This document shows, in pieces, positions 1-11,797 of a stretch of DNA of 64,000 nucleotides (within the stretch, counting starts at the first letter, position 1; each line of letters begins with the position of its first letter). Location: NCBI GenBank assembly GCA_965223295.1, contig CBDCWC010000002.1:608001-672000 (forward strand). Reading direction: 5' to 3'. This stretch comes from Nitrospirales bacterium (lineage in GTDB: Bacteria > Nitrospirota > Nitrospiria > Nitrospirales > UBA8639). The notes under the pieces are model-generated. The model was not told the DNA's origin. It saw only the letters and a program-made list of their open reading frames with translations, and did no database searches. The position numbers were made by a program, and so were the translations under genes.

Positions 1-1
1 T

Positions 2-1081
2 CAAAAAGGCCTTTTAGTTGGCATTCCTTTGTTGGGAGGTTCGTTACTCAGGATTGTAGTTGGGCCTTTAGGCGATTGGGCTGGAGCAAAAACAGCAGGG
101 TTGGCCATTTTGGGACTTGAAGCGGCAGCACTACTTTTGGGCTGGCAATGGGCAACCAGCTTCGAGAGCATTATCATGGTTGGGCTCCTCTTGGGAATTG
201 CCGGAGCAAGTTTTGCTATTGCCCTCCCACTCGCGAGCCAAGCCTATCCCCCTGCTCATCAGGGTCTGGCCATGGGTGTTGCGGCCGTCGGTAACAGCGG
301 GGTGTTGCTGGCCTCGCTTTTGGCACCCCGTTTAGCTGCCTTATTTGGGTGGCAGCACGTATTCGGATTGATGCTGGTACCTGTTCTCGGGACGGGTGTT
401 GTGTTTTTTCTGTTAGTGAAGTCTTCGTTATCGCCATGTGAGAGTCAAATAAATAGGGGAATATTTACATTTTCCACATTTCTCTCCGAAGGACTACGGC
501 ATAAATCAATGTACTGGTTATGTGGGTTGTATGCTGTCACGTTTGGAGGATTTGTGGGCCTTTCGAGTTATCTTCCTATTTTCTTTCATGATCAGTTTCA
601 GTTGGATATGGTCAGAGCAGGAACCCTGACAGCTCTCATTGCCCTAGCAGGTAGTGTGGCACGGCCAATTGGAGGTTATCTGGCTGATCGCCTAAGTGGG
701 ATCACACTTCTTCCAAGCCTTTTTGTAATCATTGTGATTTTATGTTGGATCTCAGGGCAAGTTTCGACCATTGGCGGAACGCTCCTCCTTATTTTTGGAA
801 TCATGCTCTGCTTGGGATTTGGGAATGGAGTGGTATTTCAAGTGGTCTCGTCTCGATTTCAGGGTATGATGGGTACGGCTTCTGGTTTCATTGGAGCTGC
901 TGGGGGCTTAGGCGGATTTTTGCTGTCTACGTGTTTTGGGTGGTTGAAAGATCTGAATGGCACATTTTCGGCAGGATTTTATGCCTTGGGTTTCGTTTCG
1001 GGAATTGCAGCAATTAGTGTTATGATAGTCCAGCGTTCAACTCGTTTCAGACAATCAAAGTCGATTTCTTCGGAGGCTTAA
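2..1081 (+). CDS. narK: NarK/NasA-family MFS nitrate/nitrite transporter (5' end truncated by the window)
   Basis: Frame is open from base 2 ([13 protein letters not shown]...). Multi-TM MFS protein with nitrate-transporter-like motifs [38 protein letters not shown] and GAAGGLGGF. Confidence 0.8.
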   Translation, partial: QKGLLVGIPLLGGSLLRIVVGPLGDWAGAKTAGLAILGLEAAALLLGWQWATSFESIIMVGLLLGIAGASFAIALPLASQAYPPAHQGLAMGVAAVGNSGVLLASLLAPRLAALFGWQHVFGLMLVPVLGTGVVFFLLVKSSLSPCESQINRGIFTFSTFLSEGLRHKSMYWLCGLYAVTFGGFVGLSSYLPIFFHDQFQLDMVRAGTLTALIALAGSVARPIGGYLADRLSGITLLPSLFVIIVILCWISGQVSTIGGTLLLIFGIMLCLGFGNGVVFQVVSSRFQGMMGTASGFIGAAGGLGGFLLSTCFGWLKDLNGTFSAGFYALGFVSGIAAISVMIVQRSTRFRQSKSISSEA

Positions 1082-1136
1082 GGACAGTAGTGCAAAGGTC
1101 GCCGTATTTCACATCAAACTGAGCGGCACAGCAGAG

Positions 1137-2366
1137 ATGCCTATGAAAAAACCATCAATACCCGATACCCAATTCCATAGTATTGGGGAAGCCCTTAATG
1201 ACATTCAAGCCGGCAAGTGCGTGGTCTTAGTTGATGATGAAGATCGCGAAAATGAAGGGGACTTAGTATTAGCCGCCGAATTAGTGACTCCGGATGCGGT
1301 AAACTTTATGGCAAAACATGGCCGTGGCTTGATTTGCCTAGCCTTAACACCTGAACGCGTAGAGGCCCTCAAGCTTCCTCCTCAATCCCAAGAAAATACC
1401 GCAACGTTTGGAACGGCCTTTACGGTGTCTATCGATGCCGCCAAAAATATTACCACTGGCATTTCCGCTGCTGATCGATCAACAACGATTAAATTGGCCG
1501 TCTCTCCTGAAGCCAAGCCCAGTGATTTTGCAAGACCAGGCCATGTCTTTCCCCTCAAGGCGCATAAGGGTGGAGTGCTCCGCCGTGCTGGACAAACGGA
1601 AGGGTCTGTGGATCTGGCTCGATTGGCTGGACTCTCCCCAGCTGCCGTTATTTGTGAAATTATGAATGATGATGGCACGATGGCTCGCGTCCCTGAACTG
1701 ATGAAGTTTGCGGCGCAGCATCAATTAAAGATCATTACCATCAAAGATCTGATTCAATACCGCTTGCATCGTGAGACCTTTGTCAAGGAAGTGGTTCGAG
1801 CCAATCTTCCAACAACCTTTGGGCAGTTTAACGCTGCGGTTTTTGAGAATGAACTGGATGCAGGAACGCATGTCGCCTTGCTCAAAGGGGAAATTGATGG
1901 GAGCCCCACAATGGTTCGCGTTCATTCCGGATGTCTGACGGCTGATGTATTTGGATCATTACGGTGTGATTGTCGAGAGCAGTTGCATCAAGCCATGGAA
2001 CTTATTGAGAAAGAAGGCAAAGGTGTGTTGCTCTATTTGAATCAGGAAGGCCGTGGCATTGGTTTGACCAATAAAATTAGAGCCTACGATCTTCAAGACC
2101 AAGGCAGCGACACAGTAGAAGCCAATCTGCAATTGGGGTTTAAGCCCGATTTACGGGATTATGGAATTGGTGCACAAATCTTGGTAAATTTGGGCCTTAA
2201 AAAAATCCGTCTCATCACGAACAATCCTCGAAAGATTGTGGGAATTGAGGGATATGGGCTGGAAGTTGTCGAACGAGTGCCTATTGAAATTACGCCTCAA
2301 GAATCCAATGTGCATTATTTGCGGACCAAAAAAGCCAAATTAGGCCATCTCCTGAATAATGTCTAA
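1137..2366 (+). CDS. ribBA: Bifunctional DHBP synthase / GTP cyclohydrolase II
   Basis: [37 protein letters not shown] and QEGRGIGL motifs. Confidence 0.97.
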   Translation: MPMKKPSIPDTQFHSIGEALNDIQAGKCVVLVDDEDRENEGDLVLAAELVTPDAVNFMAKHGRGLICLALTPERVEALKLPPQSQENTATFGTAFTVSIDAAKNITTGISAADRSTTIKLAVSPEAKPSDFARPGHVFPLKAHKGGVLRRAGQTEGSVDLARLAGLSPAAVICEIMNDDGTMARVPELMKFAAQHQLKIITIKDLIQYRLHRETFVKEVVRANLPTTFGQFNAAVFENELDAGTHVALLKGEIDGSPTMVRVHSGCLTADVFGSLRCDCREQLHQAMELIEKEGKGVLLYLNQEGRGIGLTNKIRAYDLQDQGSDTVEANLQLGFKPDLRDYGIGAQILVNLGLKKIRLITNNPRKIVGIEGYGLEVVERVPIEITPQESNVHYLRTKKAKLGHLLNNV

Positions 2367-2456
2367 AAGGGGGCTTGCAGTTCCCTTATGTAAGTGGTAC
2401 ACAATCCTATCTCTGTTTTCTAAGAGAACACAGTCGCGAAGGACACACCTAACAGA

Positions 2457-2954
2457 GTGAAGACTTTTGAAGGAAAGCTGGATAGCACAGCTTATTCCGT
2501 CGGTGTTGTTGTCAGTAAGTTTAACGAATCTGTCACCAGTCGTTTATTGGCCGGAGCCACTGAGACTTTACGGCAACTAGGCGTGGATGATGAGCAGATG
2601 ACGCTTGTTTATGTGCCGGGAGCCTTTGAATTACCCCTGGCGGCCAAAGTCTTGGCGCAATCTCAGCAAGTTGATGCAGTCATCTGTTTGGGCGCAGTGA
2701 TTCAGGGTGAGACAGCCCATTTTGAGTACATTAGCCAAGAAATGAGTCGTGGCCTCGGGTCTGTGGCTTTGGAAACAGGGATTCCAGTTATTTTTGGTGT
2801 CCTCACAACGAATAATGTTGAACAAGCCATGGAACGTTCTAGTTCTTCTGAGCGGAATAAAGGCGCTGATGCAGCGCGGACCGCTATTGAAATGATTTCT
2901 CTTCTTAAGGAATTACGCAATGCTAATACTCGCCAGTCTGGATTTTTACGATAA
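2457..2954 (+). CDS. ribH: 6,7-dimethyl-8-ribityllumazine synthase
   Basis: VPGAFELP, LGAVIQGETAHFEY and GIPVIFGVLT motifs. Follows ribBA. Confidence 0.96.
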   Translation: MKTFEGKLDSTAYSVGVVVSKFNESVTSRLLAGATETLRQLGVDDEQMTLVYVPGAFELPLAAKVLAQSQQVDAVICLGAVIQGETAHFEYISQEMSRGLGSVALETGIPVIFGVLTTNNVEQAMERSSSSERNKGADAARTAIEMISLLKELRNANTRQSGFLR

Positions 2955-2963
2955 CTTCCACTC

Positions 2964-3488
2964 ATGACGATGACCATTCCCTCAGATATTTCTCAGGCAC
3001 CTTCTGCCAAGGGAGGCTCTTCTCGCCGAGTCGCCAGGCAATTAGCGTTACAACTTCTCTTTCAGCAAGAATTTCAAGTAAAAAATGAAAGTTTGGAAGC
3101 AAAGTTTTGGGAAAACCAGTCCGTCTCTGACTCGGTGCGGGCTTTTGCTTCGAGCTTGTTTGATGGAGTCAAGAATCATCAAGCGGATATTGATCATATT
3201 ATTCAAGCCTATGCTATCGATTGGTCCATTGCGCGCATGCCTGTCGTTGATCGTAATATTCTTCGGTGTGCCATCTACGAACTGGTATGGGAGCCTGCCA
3301 TACCTGCTGCCGTAACGATTAATGAGGCGGTTGAACTCTCCAAGCGATTTGCGGATGAAGAAGCTCAAAAATTTATCAATGGCATGTTAGATCATATTCT
3401 TCGACGAGAAGAACGTTTGAGCAAAAAACGTCAGCCAACGATGCCAACGGTTTCTGAAGAAATCCCACCACCAAAACCTGCGTCTTGA
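2964..3488 (+). CDS. nusB: Transcription antitermination factor NusB
   Basis: RRVARQLALQLLFQ, W...RMPVVDRNILR and INEAVELSK..FINGMLD motifs. Canonical ribH-nusB order. Confidence 0.95.
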   Translation: MTMTIPSDISQAPSAKGGSSRRVARQLALQLLFQQEFQVKNESLEAKFWENQSVSDSVRAFASSLFDGVKNHQADIDHIIQAYAIDWSIARMPVVDRNILRCAIYELVWEPAIPAAVTINEAVELSKRFADEEAQKFINGMLDHILRREERLSKKRQPTMPTVSEEIPPPKPAS

Positions 3489-3503
3489 TGCCTTCTCAAC
3501 CCT

Positions 3504-4823
3504 ATGATTGATCGGTATACGCGGCCACAGATGGGGGCCATTTGGACCCAGCAACGAAAATATGAATATTGGCTGTATATAGAGTTAGCCGTCTGCCAGG
3601 CTATGGAGGAGATCGGGCAGGTTCCTCAGGGGGTAGCCAAACGGATACGGAAAAAAGTCTCCATTAATCCTTCCCGTATTGCTGCCATCGAACGTGTGAC
3701 GAAGCATGACGTCATTGCCTTTTTAGAGGCTATCGCAGAGCAAGCTGGAAAAGACGCCCGGTTTCTCCATGCAGGTCTCACCTCGTCTGATATTTTGGAT
3801 ACCGCCTTGGCCTTACAAATGGTGGAGGCCTCCAGTCTACTCATGGACGATCTTGATGTCTTGCTTGCTTCATTAAAAGATTTGGCCTTTGCCCATCAAG
3901 ACACGTTCATGGTTGGACGTTCGCATGGCATTCATGGAGAGCCGATCACCTTTGGTTGGAAAGTTGCCATTTGGTATGAAGAATTTACACGTCAACACCA
4001 GCGTCTGAATGCTGCGGTTACAGATATTGCTGTGGGAAAACTTTCTGGCGCGATGGGAACGTTTGCCCATTTGCCTCCCAAGATAGAAAAAACTGTCTGC
4101 CGTCAATTGGGATTAACACCGGCACCTATTTCGAATCAAGTGATTCAACGGGACCGCCATGCCGCATTTCTGTCGGCCCTGGCACTTGTTGCAGCCAGTA
4201 TTGAAAAGGTAGCTACGGAAATTCGACATTTACAGCGTACAGAAGTGTTGGAAGCTGAGGAATATTTTGAGCCCGGGCAAAAGGGGTCCTCCGCCATGCC
4301 ACATAAGCGAAACCCAATTGCGTCAGAGAACTTGTGTGGATTAGCTCGAGTCGTTCGAAGTAATAGTCTTGCCGCCATGGAAAATGTGGCACTCTGGCAT
4401 GAACGGGATATCAGCCACTCATCTGTTGAACGAATTATCATTCCGGATAGCACCATTTTGCTGGATTATATGTTGGCTCGAATAACAAGGGTCTTGTCTA
4501 AGTTGGTTGTCTATCCAACTAATATGATGAAGACTCTCAAGCAAACAGGTGGGTTGATATTTTCGCAGCGTTTGTTACTTGCCCTCATTGACAAAGGGGC
4601 TATTCGAAAAGATGCTTACGAGCATGTTCAACGTCAGGCGATGGCTGCATGGAAAGGGCAGGGAAAATTTCAAGAATTGGTAGAACGTGATTCATTTATT
4701 GCCAAGCATTTGTCACACAAAGATATTGCCGCCTGTTTTAATCCCAGAGCCTATGTCCGTCACCAACAGCAGGTTTTTAGACGAGTCTTTGGATCAAAAA
4801 AACCCTCTATCGCTGACAAGTGA
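3504..4823 (+). CDS. purB: Adenylosuccinate lyase
   Basis: MIDRY start, TKHDVIAF, GRSHGIH and GSSAMPHKRNP signature. Confidence 0.97.
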   Translation: MIDRYTRPQMGAIWTQQRKYEYWLYIELAVCQAMEEIGQVPQGVAKRIRKKVSINPSRIAAIERVTKHDVIAFLEAIAEQAGKDARFLHAGLTSSDILDTALALQMVEASSLLMDDLDVLLASLKDLAFAHQDTFMVGRSHGIHGEPITFGWKVAIWYEEFTRQHQRLNAAVTDIAVGKLSGAMGTFAHLPPKIEKTVCRQLGLTPAPISNQVIQRDRHAAFLSALALVAASIEKVATEIRHLQRTEVLEAEEYFEPGQKGSSAMPHKRNPIASENLCGLARVVRSNSLAAMENVALWHERDISHSSVERIIIPDSTILLDYMLARITRVLSKLVVYPTNMMKTLKQTGGLIFSQRLLLALIDKGAIRKDAYEHVQRQAMAAWKGQGKFQELVERDSFIAKHLSHKDIAACFNPRAYVRHQQQVFRRVFGSKKPSIADK

Positions 4824-4870
4824 CGCAAGACTAAATATTCAAGTAAACCTTTAAGGTAAAGGATCAAAAA

Positions 4871-5575
4871 ATGGAAAAAGGTGAGATGTTGTACGAAGGT
4901 AAGGCCAAAAAAATTTTTCTCACTGAGAAGGAAGATGAAGTCATCCAATACTTTAAGGATGATGCTACCGCGTACAATGCGGAAAAGAAAGGAACTATTC
5001 TAGAGAAAGGGATTGTGAATAACAAAATATCAACCAGACTGTTTCAGGTCCTAGCAGATGCGGGAATTCCCAGTCACTTTATTCAACAACTTAACGACCG
5101 GGAAATGTTAGCGCGGCGGGTCGACATTATTTTGATCGAAGTGGTGGTTCGAAATCGAGCGACTGGAAGCATTATCAAGCGGCTAGGTTTAGAAGAAGGG
5201 ATGTTTATCAATCCTCCTTTAGTCGAATTTTTTTATAAAGATGATTCATTGGGAGATCCGCTTATTACGGATGACCATATTCGGCTGCTCAAATTGGCCA
5301 CGCCCGCTCAGGTCGCAGAATTGCGGGATCAGGCCATCAAGATTAACGAAGTGCTTTTGCCATTTTTTCAAAAGCGCGGGATGATGCTGGTGGATTTTAA
5401 GTTAGAGTTTGGTCTGTGGAACGGGCAAATCATTTTAGCCGATGAAATCTCACCAGATACCTGCCGTTTTTGGGATATCCAAACTGGAGAACGTATGGAT
5501 AAAGATCGCTTTCGAAAAGATTTAGGCCGCATTGAAGAAACCTATCAAGAAGTACTCAAGCGGGTCTGTAACTAG
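4871..5575 (+). CDS. purC: SAICAR synthetase
   Basis: LYEGKAKK, LVDFKLEFG and LADEISPDTCRFWD motifs. Confidence 0.97.
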   Translation: MEKGEMLYEGKAKKIFLTEKEDEVIQYFKDDATAYNAEKKGTILEKGIVNNKISTRLFQVLADAGIPSHFIQQLNDREMLARRVDIILIEVVVRNRATGSIIKRLGLEEGMFINPPLVEFFYKDDSLGDPLITDDHIRLLKLATPAQVAELRDQAIKINEVLLPFFQKRGMMLVDFKLEFGLWNGQIILADEISPDTCRFWDIQTGERMDKDRFRKDLGRIEETYQEVLKRVCN

Positions 5576-5587
5576 GGCAGGGCTCTT

Positions 5588-5833
5588 ATGAAGGCGAAAA
5601 TCTACATTACCCTAAAAAATGGTATTCACGATCCTCAAGGTCTAGCCATCCAACAGTCACTCAAAACCCTTGGGTTTGATGATGTCAATAACGTGCGAAT
5701 GGGAAAATTCTTAGAAGTTGATATTAAAGCGGCAAAGAAGGAAACGGCTGAATCCCACATTACCAAGATGTGCCAACAGGTACTTGCCAATACTGTCATT
5801 GAAGATTTTCGATACGAAATTAGTGATTCGTAG
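5588..5833 (+). CDS. purS: FGAM synthase subunit PurS
   Basis: DPQG..I, VRMGK and LANTVIEDF motifs. Lies between purC and purQ. Confidence 0.95.
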   Translation: MKAKIYITLKNGIHDPQGLAIQQSLKTLGFDDVNNVRMGKFLEVDIKAAKKETAESHITKMCQQVLANTVIEDFRYEISDS

Positions 5834-5864
5834 CCTAGATTAGACGAAAGCAACGACACTCCAC

Positions 5865-6575
5865 GTGAACATCGGCATTATTGTTTTTCCCGGTTCCAAT
5901 TGCGATCGTGACTGCGCCCATGTGGTGTCCCATGTGATGGGGCAAACAGCGCAGCTCATTTGGCATCAGGACACCTCTCTCAAGGGCATGGATGCCATCA
6001 TTCTGCCTGGTGGATTTTCCTACGGGGATTATTTGCGCACCGGATCGATTGCCCGCTTCTCGCCAATTATGGAAGCCGTGATCGCCTTTGCCAATCAGGG
6101 AAGATTGGTTTTAGGTATTTGCAATGGCTTTCAAATTCTCTTAGAAGCCGGATTGTTGCCCGGAGCCATGTTGCGTAATACGGGTTTATCGTTTATTTGC
6201 GAAGATGCGTATGTGCGTGTCGACAATGCCGATACACCGTTTACCAATCAATGCCGGGCTGGCCAAATTCTGACGCTTCCTATCGCACATGCCGAAGGAA
6301 ATTACTATACCGACCCGGTGACGTTATCAGCTCTTCAAGCCAACGCCCAAATCGTTTTTCGTTATTGTGACAAGAATGGTAAAGCTACGACGGCTGCTAA
6401 CCCGAATGGATCCGTCGATAATATTGCCGGCATCCGGAATGCCGCAGGCAATGTGTTAGGCCTGATGCCCCATCCCGAACGTTGTGCCGAAATGATCTTC
6501 AATAATCAGGACGGCCGCCTTATTTTTGAATCGATGATGGCCGCGTTCTTGAAGGAAACGCCATGGTCGGTTTGA
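5865..6575 (+). CDS. purQ: FGAM synthase glutaminase subunit PurQ
   Basis: [26 protein letters not shown] and LMPHPER motifs. Confidence 0.97.
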   Translation: MNIGIIVFPGSNCDRDCAHVVSHVMGQTAQLIWHQDTSLKGMDAIILPGGFSYGDYLRTGSIARFSPIMEAVIAFANQGRLVLGICNGFQILLEAGLLPGAMLRNTGLSFICEDAYVRVDNADTPFTNQCRAGQILTLPIAHAEGNYYTDPVTLSALQANAQIVFRYCDKNGKATTAANPNGSVDNIAGIRNAAGNVLGLMPHPERCAEMIFNNQDGRLIFESMMAAFLKETPWSV

Positions 6576-6610
6576 AGAGACAGTGATCATCTGAAACGCG
6601 TAATCCATAT

Positions 6611-6838
6611 ATGGAAGTCTTTCCTGGCATAACGATGAGTCCTGAAATTTGTGACGGAAAGCCATGTGTTGTTGGCTCTTCTTTCGATGTGGCGACCATC
6701 GTGGGGACCCTAGGGGCCGGGAAGTCATATGAGGATGTTGAAGAAATTTTTCAGATCAGTCGAGAGCAGATTTATTCAGCGCTGCGTTATGCCTCTTATG
6801 TGACAGACCATTTGCCATTGAAGATGCCCTCATCTTAG
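6611..6838 (+). CDS. DUF433-domain small protein (antitoxin-like HTH)
   Basis: ITMSPEICDGKPCV.G...V..IV..L..G.S.EDV...F..S.EQIY.AL.YA matches the DUF433 pattern. Confidence 0.8.
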   Translation: MEVFPGITMSPEICDGKPCVVGSSFDVATIVGTLGAGKSYEDVEEIFQISREQIYSALRYASYVTDHLPLKMPSS

Positions 6839-7086
6839 ATAGGGCAGAGGACAGAGTGGACGCGTCTGTGGTACATTCTTCCCTCTATGTGTGAGTGGAG
6901 TGTTTCAATCTTCACCCTTCCCTTTTCCTGCCTGGGAGAGGGGTAGAAAACCAAATTTCTGGCAATCTCAAATTTTGTGACTAGAGCTTTGCTTTCTTCC
7001 GACTTTTCACGTTTTCCACTCGGCCAAATCTGCTTCATGTTTGTTGTTCGTCTAGCCAAAACTCAGTGTATAAGGCTTTGCCTCCT

Positions 7087-9339
7087 ATGACGATTGCCAA
7101 AGAACTTGTGACACAACATGGGTTGTCTGAGGACGAATATCAGAAAATTTTAACCCACTTAGGTCGTGAACCAAACATGACTGAGTTGGGTATATTTTCC
7201 GTGATGTGGAGTGAACATTGTAGTTATAAAAGCTCACGAGTACATCTCAAGCGGCTTCCCACCGAAGGTCCGCATGTGGTCCAGGGACCAGGTGAAAATG
7301 CCGGCGCGGTGGATATAGGCGACGGATTGGCTGCGGTCTTTAAGATGGAATCGCATAACCATCCGTCTTTTATCGAACCTTTTCAAGGAGCCGCTACCGG
7401 AGTCGGTGGAATCCTCCGTGATATTTTTACGATGGGTGCGCGACCGATAGCACTTTTAGACTCGCTGAGGTTCGGTGAGCTCGATACCGCACATAATCGG
7501 CATCTTTTAAGAGGCGTCGTCTCCGGTATTTCCTGGTATGGCAATTGTATGGGGGTACCCACCGTCGGCGGGGAAATTACCTTTAACAATATTTACTCTA
7601 AGAATCCTTTAGTCAACGTATTTTGTTTAGGTATTGTCAAAAAAGATCGCCTGTTGCGTGGGCTGGCTAAAGGCGCAGGCAATCAGGTTCTCTATATTGG
7701 TGCGAAAACAGGACGAGATGGCATTCATGGAGCCACCATGGCTTCTGATAGTTTTGATGATGCCTCTGAAGCCAAGCGCCCCAACGTCCAAGTTGGTGAT
7801 CCATTTTTAGAAAAGCTCTTACTTGAAGCATGCCTCGAGTTTTTAGAACAAGACCTTTTGGTCGGCATTCAGGATATGGGAGCGGCGGGTTTAACCAGTT
7901 CGTCTTGTGAGATGGCCTCACGTTCGGGAACGGGTATCGAACTGGATGTGGCCAAGGTTCCCCGGCGAGAACCTAATATGACGCCTTATGAAATTCTTCT
8001 TTCTGAATCGCAGGAACGGATGCTGTTAGTCGCACAACCAGGCAAGGAAGCTGCTGTTCTAGCCGTATGCCAAAAATGGGGAATTGATGCGGCCGTTGTT
8101 GGACGTGTGACGGATGATGGCTTTCTTCGTGTACGAGAAGGGGAAGCCATTGTTGCCGAAATTCCGGCCAAGGCTATTGCCGATGAGGCTCCGCGCTATG
8201 AACGTCCTTCAGCACCGCCTCAATATCAAGACCCGTTGCAAGCCTTAAATTTGGATGCCCTACCGGATGTCAAAGATCCGGCTGACGCGTTGCTTCAGCT
8301 GTTAGGTTCTCCAACAATTGCGAGTAAACGTTGGGTGTTTCGGCAGTATGACTATATGGTGGGGACCAATACGGTTGTGTGTCCAGGATCAGATGCCGCC
8401 GTGATTCGGCTGAAAGGGACCGACAAAGCGCTTGCTCTGGCCACCGATGGGAATAGCCGGTACTGTCTTCTTCATCCCTACATGGGAGGAGGGTTAGCCG
8501 TAGCGGAGACTGCTAGAAATCTCGTCTGTTCGGGTGCTCAACCTTTAGGAGCCACAGATTGTTTGAACTTTGGAAATCCTGAACGGCCTGACATTATGTG
8601 GCAGTTTATTATGGCGGTGGAGGGCCTGGCCGATGCCTGCCGGGCTCTGGAAATTCCTGTGGTGAGCGGTAACGTGAGTTTGTATAATGAAACGAACAGT
8701 CTCTCTATCTACCCAACGCCCATTATTGGAATGGTGGGTCTCATTGAACGGCAAGAGGATATTACGACACAATGGTTTAAACAGCCTGGTGATGCCATTC
8801 TTCTATTGGGAGAAACAAGAGAAGATATTGGTGGGACAGAATATCTTAAAGTCATACATTCGAGAGAGCAGGGGATGCCTCCCTGGTTAGATCTTGAGCG
8901 TGAACAGGCTATGCAGAAATGCCTTTTGTCTTTGATTCAACAAGGATGGATTCAATCAGCCCATGATTGTTCAGAGGGAGGGCTCCTCGTAACGCTTGCT
9001 GAAAGTTGTCTCACGCACCCCACGTCAAAGGTAGGAGCTAATATCTCTCTCAACCAGGAACGCTTACGCCTTGATGCCCTGTTATTTGGTGAAAGTCCGT
9101 CACGAGTCGTGATCTCGGTTAAACCGGAAAACCTTGAGTCAGTGCAATCCTCGATTCAAGATCTGAATGGAAATGTGCTGATGAGCATATTAGGCCATGT
9201 CACTGAGGAGCAACAGCTGGCTGTGAAGGTCATGGGCTCCAACCTGGAACCAATAAGTCAGTTCTCTTTGCCTATCGCTGATCTGGCTGATCGTTGGCAT
9301 AACAGTTTCGCCCAGCATCTTGCAGGTAAACAGGTGTAA
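7087..9339 (+). CDS. purL: FGAM synthase subunit PurL
   Basis: [32 protein letters not shown] and DMGAAGL motifs. ATG at 7087 chosen over GTG at 7066. Confidence 0.97.
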   Translation: MTIAKELVTQHGLSEDEYQKILTHLGREPNMTELGIFSVMWSEHCSYKSSRVHLKRLPTEGPHVVQGPGENAGAVDIGDGLAAVFKMESHNHPSFIEPFQGAATGVGGILRDIFTMGARPIALLDSLRFGELDTAHNRHLLRGVVSGISWYGNCMGVPTVGGEITFNNIYSKNPLVNVFCLGIVKKDRLLRGLAKGAGNQVLYIGAKTGRDGIHGATMASDSFDDASEAKRPNVQVGDPFLEKLLLEACLEFLEQDLLVGIQDMGAAGLTSSSCEMASRSGTGIELDVAKVPRREPNMTPYEILLSESQERMLLVAQPGKEAAVLAVCQKWGIDAAVVGRVTDDGFLRVREGEAIVAEIPAKAIADEAPRYERPSAPPQYQDPLQALNLDALPDVKDPADALLQLLGSPTIASKRWVFRQYDYMVGTNTVVCPGSDAAVIRLKGTDKALALATDGNSRYCLLHPYMGGGLAVAETARNLVCSGAQPLGATDCLNFGNPERPDIMWQFIMAVEGLADACRALEIPVVSGNVSLYNETNSLSIYPTPIIGMVGLIERQEDITTQWFKQPGDAILLLGETREDIGGTEYLKVIHSREQGMPPWLDLEREQAMQKCLLSLIQQGWIQSAHDCSEGGLLVTLAESCLTHPTSKVGANISLNQERLRLDALLFGESPSRVVISVKPENLESVQSSIQDLNGNVLMSILGHVTEEQQLAVKVMGSNLEPISQFSLPIADLADRWHNSFAQHLAGKQV

Positions 9340-9387
9340 TGGCTTTTTCATTGGTCAGTCTTTCAATTTCCTTTCCTTTTTGAATCT

Positions 9388-10839
9388 ATGAAATCTCTTC
9401 CGATGATTCATCGTTCATCTTCCCCTGATGGTTTTCAGGAAGAATGTGCGGTATTCGGTATTTCCGGTCACAAAGAAGCGGCAAATTTAGCCTACTTAGG
9501 CCTCTATGCGTTACAGCATCGTGGACAGGAAGGGTCAGGAATTGTGTCGTCTGATGGGGAACGGTTTTATCAGCAAAAAGGGTTGGGGCTGGTTGCTGAT
9601 ATTTATTCAAAAGGAAAGTTGAAACAATTGCCGGGAGCCAAAGCGATTGGCCATAACCGTTATTCCACCGCAGGGAGTGGCGATCTACATAATGTTCAAC
9701 CATTGTCCGTCAATTTTGCGTTTGGCAATTTGGCTCTAGCACATAATGGTAATCTCATTAATGCAGGTGTGTTACGGGGCGAGTTAGAGGCCTACGGCGC
9801 AATCTTTCAATCCGATTCCGATAGCGAGGTGATTATTCATTTAATCGCTCATTCCAAAGGTGAGACAGTCGTTAATCGAGTGATTGATGCCTTGAGCCTG
9901 GTGAGAGGAGCCTTTTCGCTGGTTTTGCTCACTGACGATCATCTCATCGCTGCTCGTGATCCGTTTGGCTTCCGTCCCTTGTGTTTGGGACGGTACAAAG
10001 ACAGTTGGGTGGTTGCGTCTGAAACCTGTGCCTTTGATTTGATTGATGCCAAATTCGAACGGGAAATTGAGCCTGGAGAAATTGTGGTGATTCAAGGGAC
10101 TGAATTAACTTCGTATCATCCCTTTCTTGATCGGGGCCGGGCACAATGTATTTTTGAATATGTCTATTTTGCCAGACCAGATTCTAAAATTTTTGGCTCG
10201 CATGCGGTGTATCCCATACGCAAAGCCTTTGGCCGACAACTCGCCAAGGAATGCCCGGCTGAAGCCGATTTGGTTATCCCGGTTCCTGACTCAGGGGTTC
10301 CAGCAGCACTTGGATATGCTGAGGGCAGGGGCTTGCCTTTTGAAATTGGATTAACCCGAAATCATTATATTGGCCGGACCTTTATTGAGCCGCAACAAGC
10401 CATACGTCATTTTGGAGTTAAACTGAAGCTGAATCCTGTTCCCGATGTGTTAGAAGGGAAACGTATTGTGGTCGTTGATGATTCAATTGTGCGCGGAACC
10501 ACGAGTCGAAAAATTGTGAAAATGCTTCGGCAAGCTGGAGCTCGGGAAATTCATATGCGAGTGAGTTCCCCGCCAGTGCTTGCCCCCTGTTTTTATGGAA
10601 TTGATACACCAAATCAAAAGGAGCTTATTGCAGCGAAATGCTCTCTTGAAGAAATTCGACGCTATATCACGGCTGACAGTTTAGGTTATTTAAGTCTTGA
10701 AGGTATGCTAGCGACCGCTCCTGATGCTTCTCATCATTACTGCAATGCCTGTTTCACAGAAAACTATCCCATTAGTTTAACGAAAGCGGAACAAATGCAG
10801 CTTGGGCTTTTTGAGCCCGACCAGATCCCTTCATCGTAA
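9388..10839 (+). CDS. purF: Amidophosphoribosyltransferase
   Basis: Propeptide followed by EEC/AVFG, plus LQHRGQE, GHNRYST and VDDSIVRGTTS motifs. Confidence 0.97.
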   Translation: MKSLPMIHRSSSPDGFQEECAVFGISGHKEAANLAYLGLYALQHRGQEGSGIVSSDGERFYQQKGLGLVADIYSKGKLKQLPGAKAIGHNRYSTAGSGDLHNVQPLSVNFAFGNLALAHNGNLINAGVLRGELEAYGAIFQSDSDSEVIIHLIAHSKGETVVNRVIDALSLVRGAFSLVLLTDDHLIAARDPFGFRPLCLGRYKDSWVVASETCAFDLIDAKFEREIEPGEIVVIQGTELTSYHPFLDRGRAQCIFEYVYFARPDSKIFGSHAVYPIRKAFGRQLAKECPAEADLVIPVPDSGVPAALGYAEGRGLPFEIGLTRNHYIGRTFIEPQQAIRHFGVKLKLNPVPDVLEGKRIVVVDDSIVRGTTSRKIVKMLRQAGAREIHMRVSSPPVLAPCFYGIDTPNQKELIAAKCSLEEIRRYITADSLGYLSLEGMLATAPDASHHYCNACFTENYPISLTKAEQMQLGLFEPDQIPSS

Positions 10840-10967
10840 CACCACCGCTGTTTTCTTGCTGCCCTCAAAAATCCTGTGATAACATCTATCAGCCAACATT
10901 GACTTGGTAGAGTAGTCTAGCAAGCGGAAAGATTTTTCCAGATGCTGACATAATCACAGGAGGATTC

Positions 10968-11522
10968 ATGATGACACGACAACTCAGAAGAAGCCTCATA
11001 TTTGCAGCCATGGTCCTTGGGTTCATTGCCATTGCACAGGCAGGAAGTTTTTTTAAAGTAGGTGAGCCCGCACCAAGTTTTACGTTAACTTCGTTAGATG
11101 GCCAGAAGGTCTCTCTGGATCAATTTAAAGGAAAGGTCATTGTGCTAGGCCTCTTTCACATTTGTCAGCCGTGTTTGGAACAAGGCACAAATTTGCAGAA
11201 AGTTTATGAAGCCACTCAGGGCAAGCCTGTCGCAGTTGTGGGAGTCAATTCTTCAGGTGATTCTCAAGGGGACGTCGGTGAATTTCTCCAAACATTTCCA
11301 GTCAAAGTGACATACCCCTATTTATTAGACCCTGAGCAAACCACCGATAAACTCTATGGCGGCGGAAAATTTATTCCGAATGTGTATGTGATTGATCAAC
11401 AAGGCTTGATCCGTTGGCAACGGGTGGGGAATTTTTTCACCGACGGAACTTTGGCAGGCCATGAAATGATTTTAGCAGAAGTCGAGAAGCTCTTAGGCTC
11501 GTCGATGCCTTCTGCCATGTAA
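10968..11522 (+). CDS. Exported TlpA/ResA-like thiol-disulfide redoxin
   Basis: Signal peptide, VGEPAPSFTL, CQPC (CxxC), IPNVYVIDQQG. RBS GGAGG upstream. Confidence 0.8.
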   Translation: MMTRQLRRSLIFAAMVLGFIAIAQAGSFFKVGEPAPSFTLTSLDGQKVSLDQFKGKVIVLGLFHICQPCLEQGTNLQKVYEATQGKPVAVVGVNSSGDSQGDVGEFLQTFPVKVTYPYLLDPEQTTDKLYGGGKFIPNVYVIDQQGLIRWQRVGNFFTDGTLAGHEMILAEVEKLLGSSMPSAM

Positions 11523-11557
11523 CGCAAAAGAATCGTCGGTAGAAGGATAGGAATGGC

Positions 11558-11797
11558 ATGGATGAATTTGAAGAAGGAAAACAAAAATTTCTTGAACTGG
11601 TTGCCAATCTCGATGAGACGGTTGAAGTCGTGATTCCAACGACGCCTTCACAAAGTCTCTTTAAGATTTCCCTCTCAAAAGGAGGTAATCGAACCTTTCT
11701 GACGGTTCATGAAGACGATATTTTAGACCTTCCTGAAGAATCCTCTGCTCAAGAAAAAACACGGTCCATGTTGCAGGAAACCATAGGCGCCTTATGA
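11558..11797 (+). CDS. Hypothetical acidic small protein
   Basis: 79-aa ORF with RBS, coupled to the next gene by an ATGA overlap. Confidence 0.7.
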   Translation: MDEFEEGKQKFLELVANLDETVEVVIPTTPSQSLFKISLSKGGNRTFLTVHEDDILDLPEESSAQEKTRSMLQETIGAL

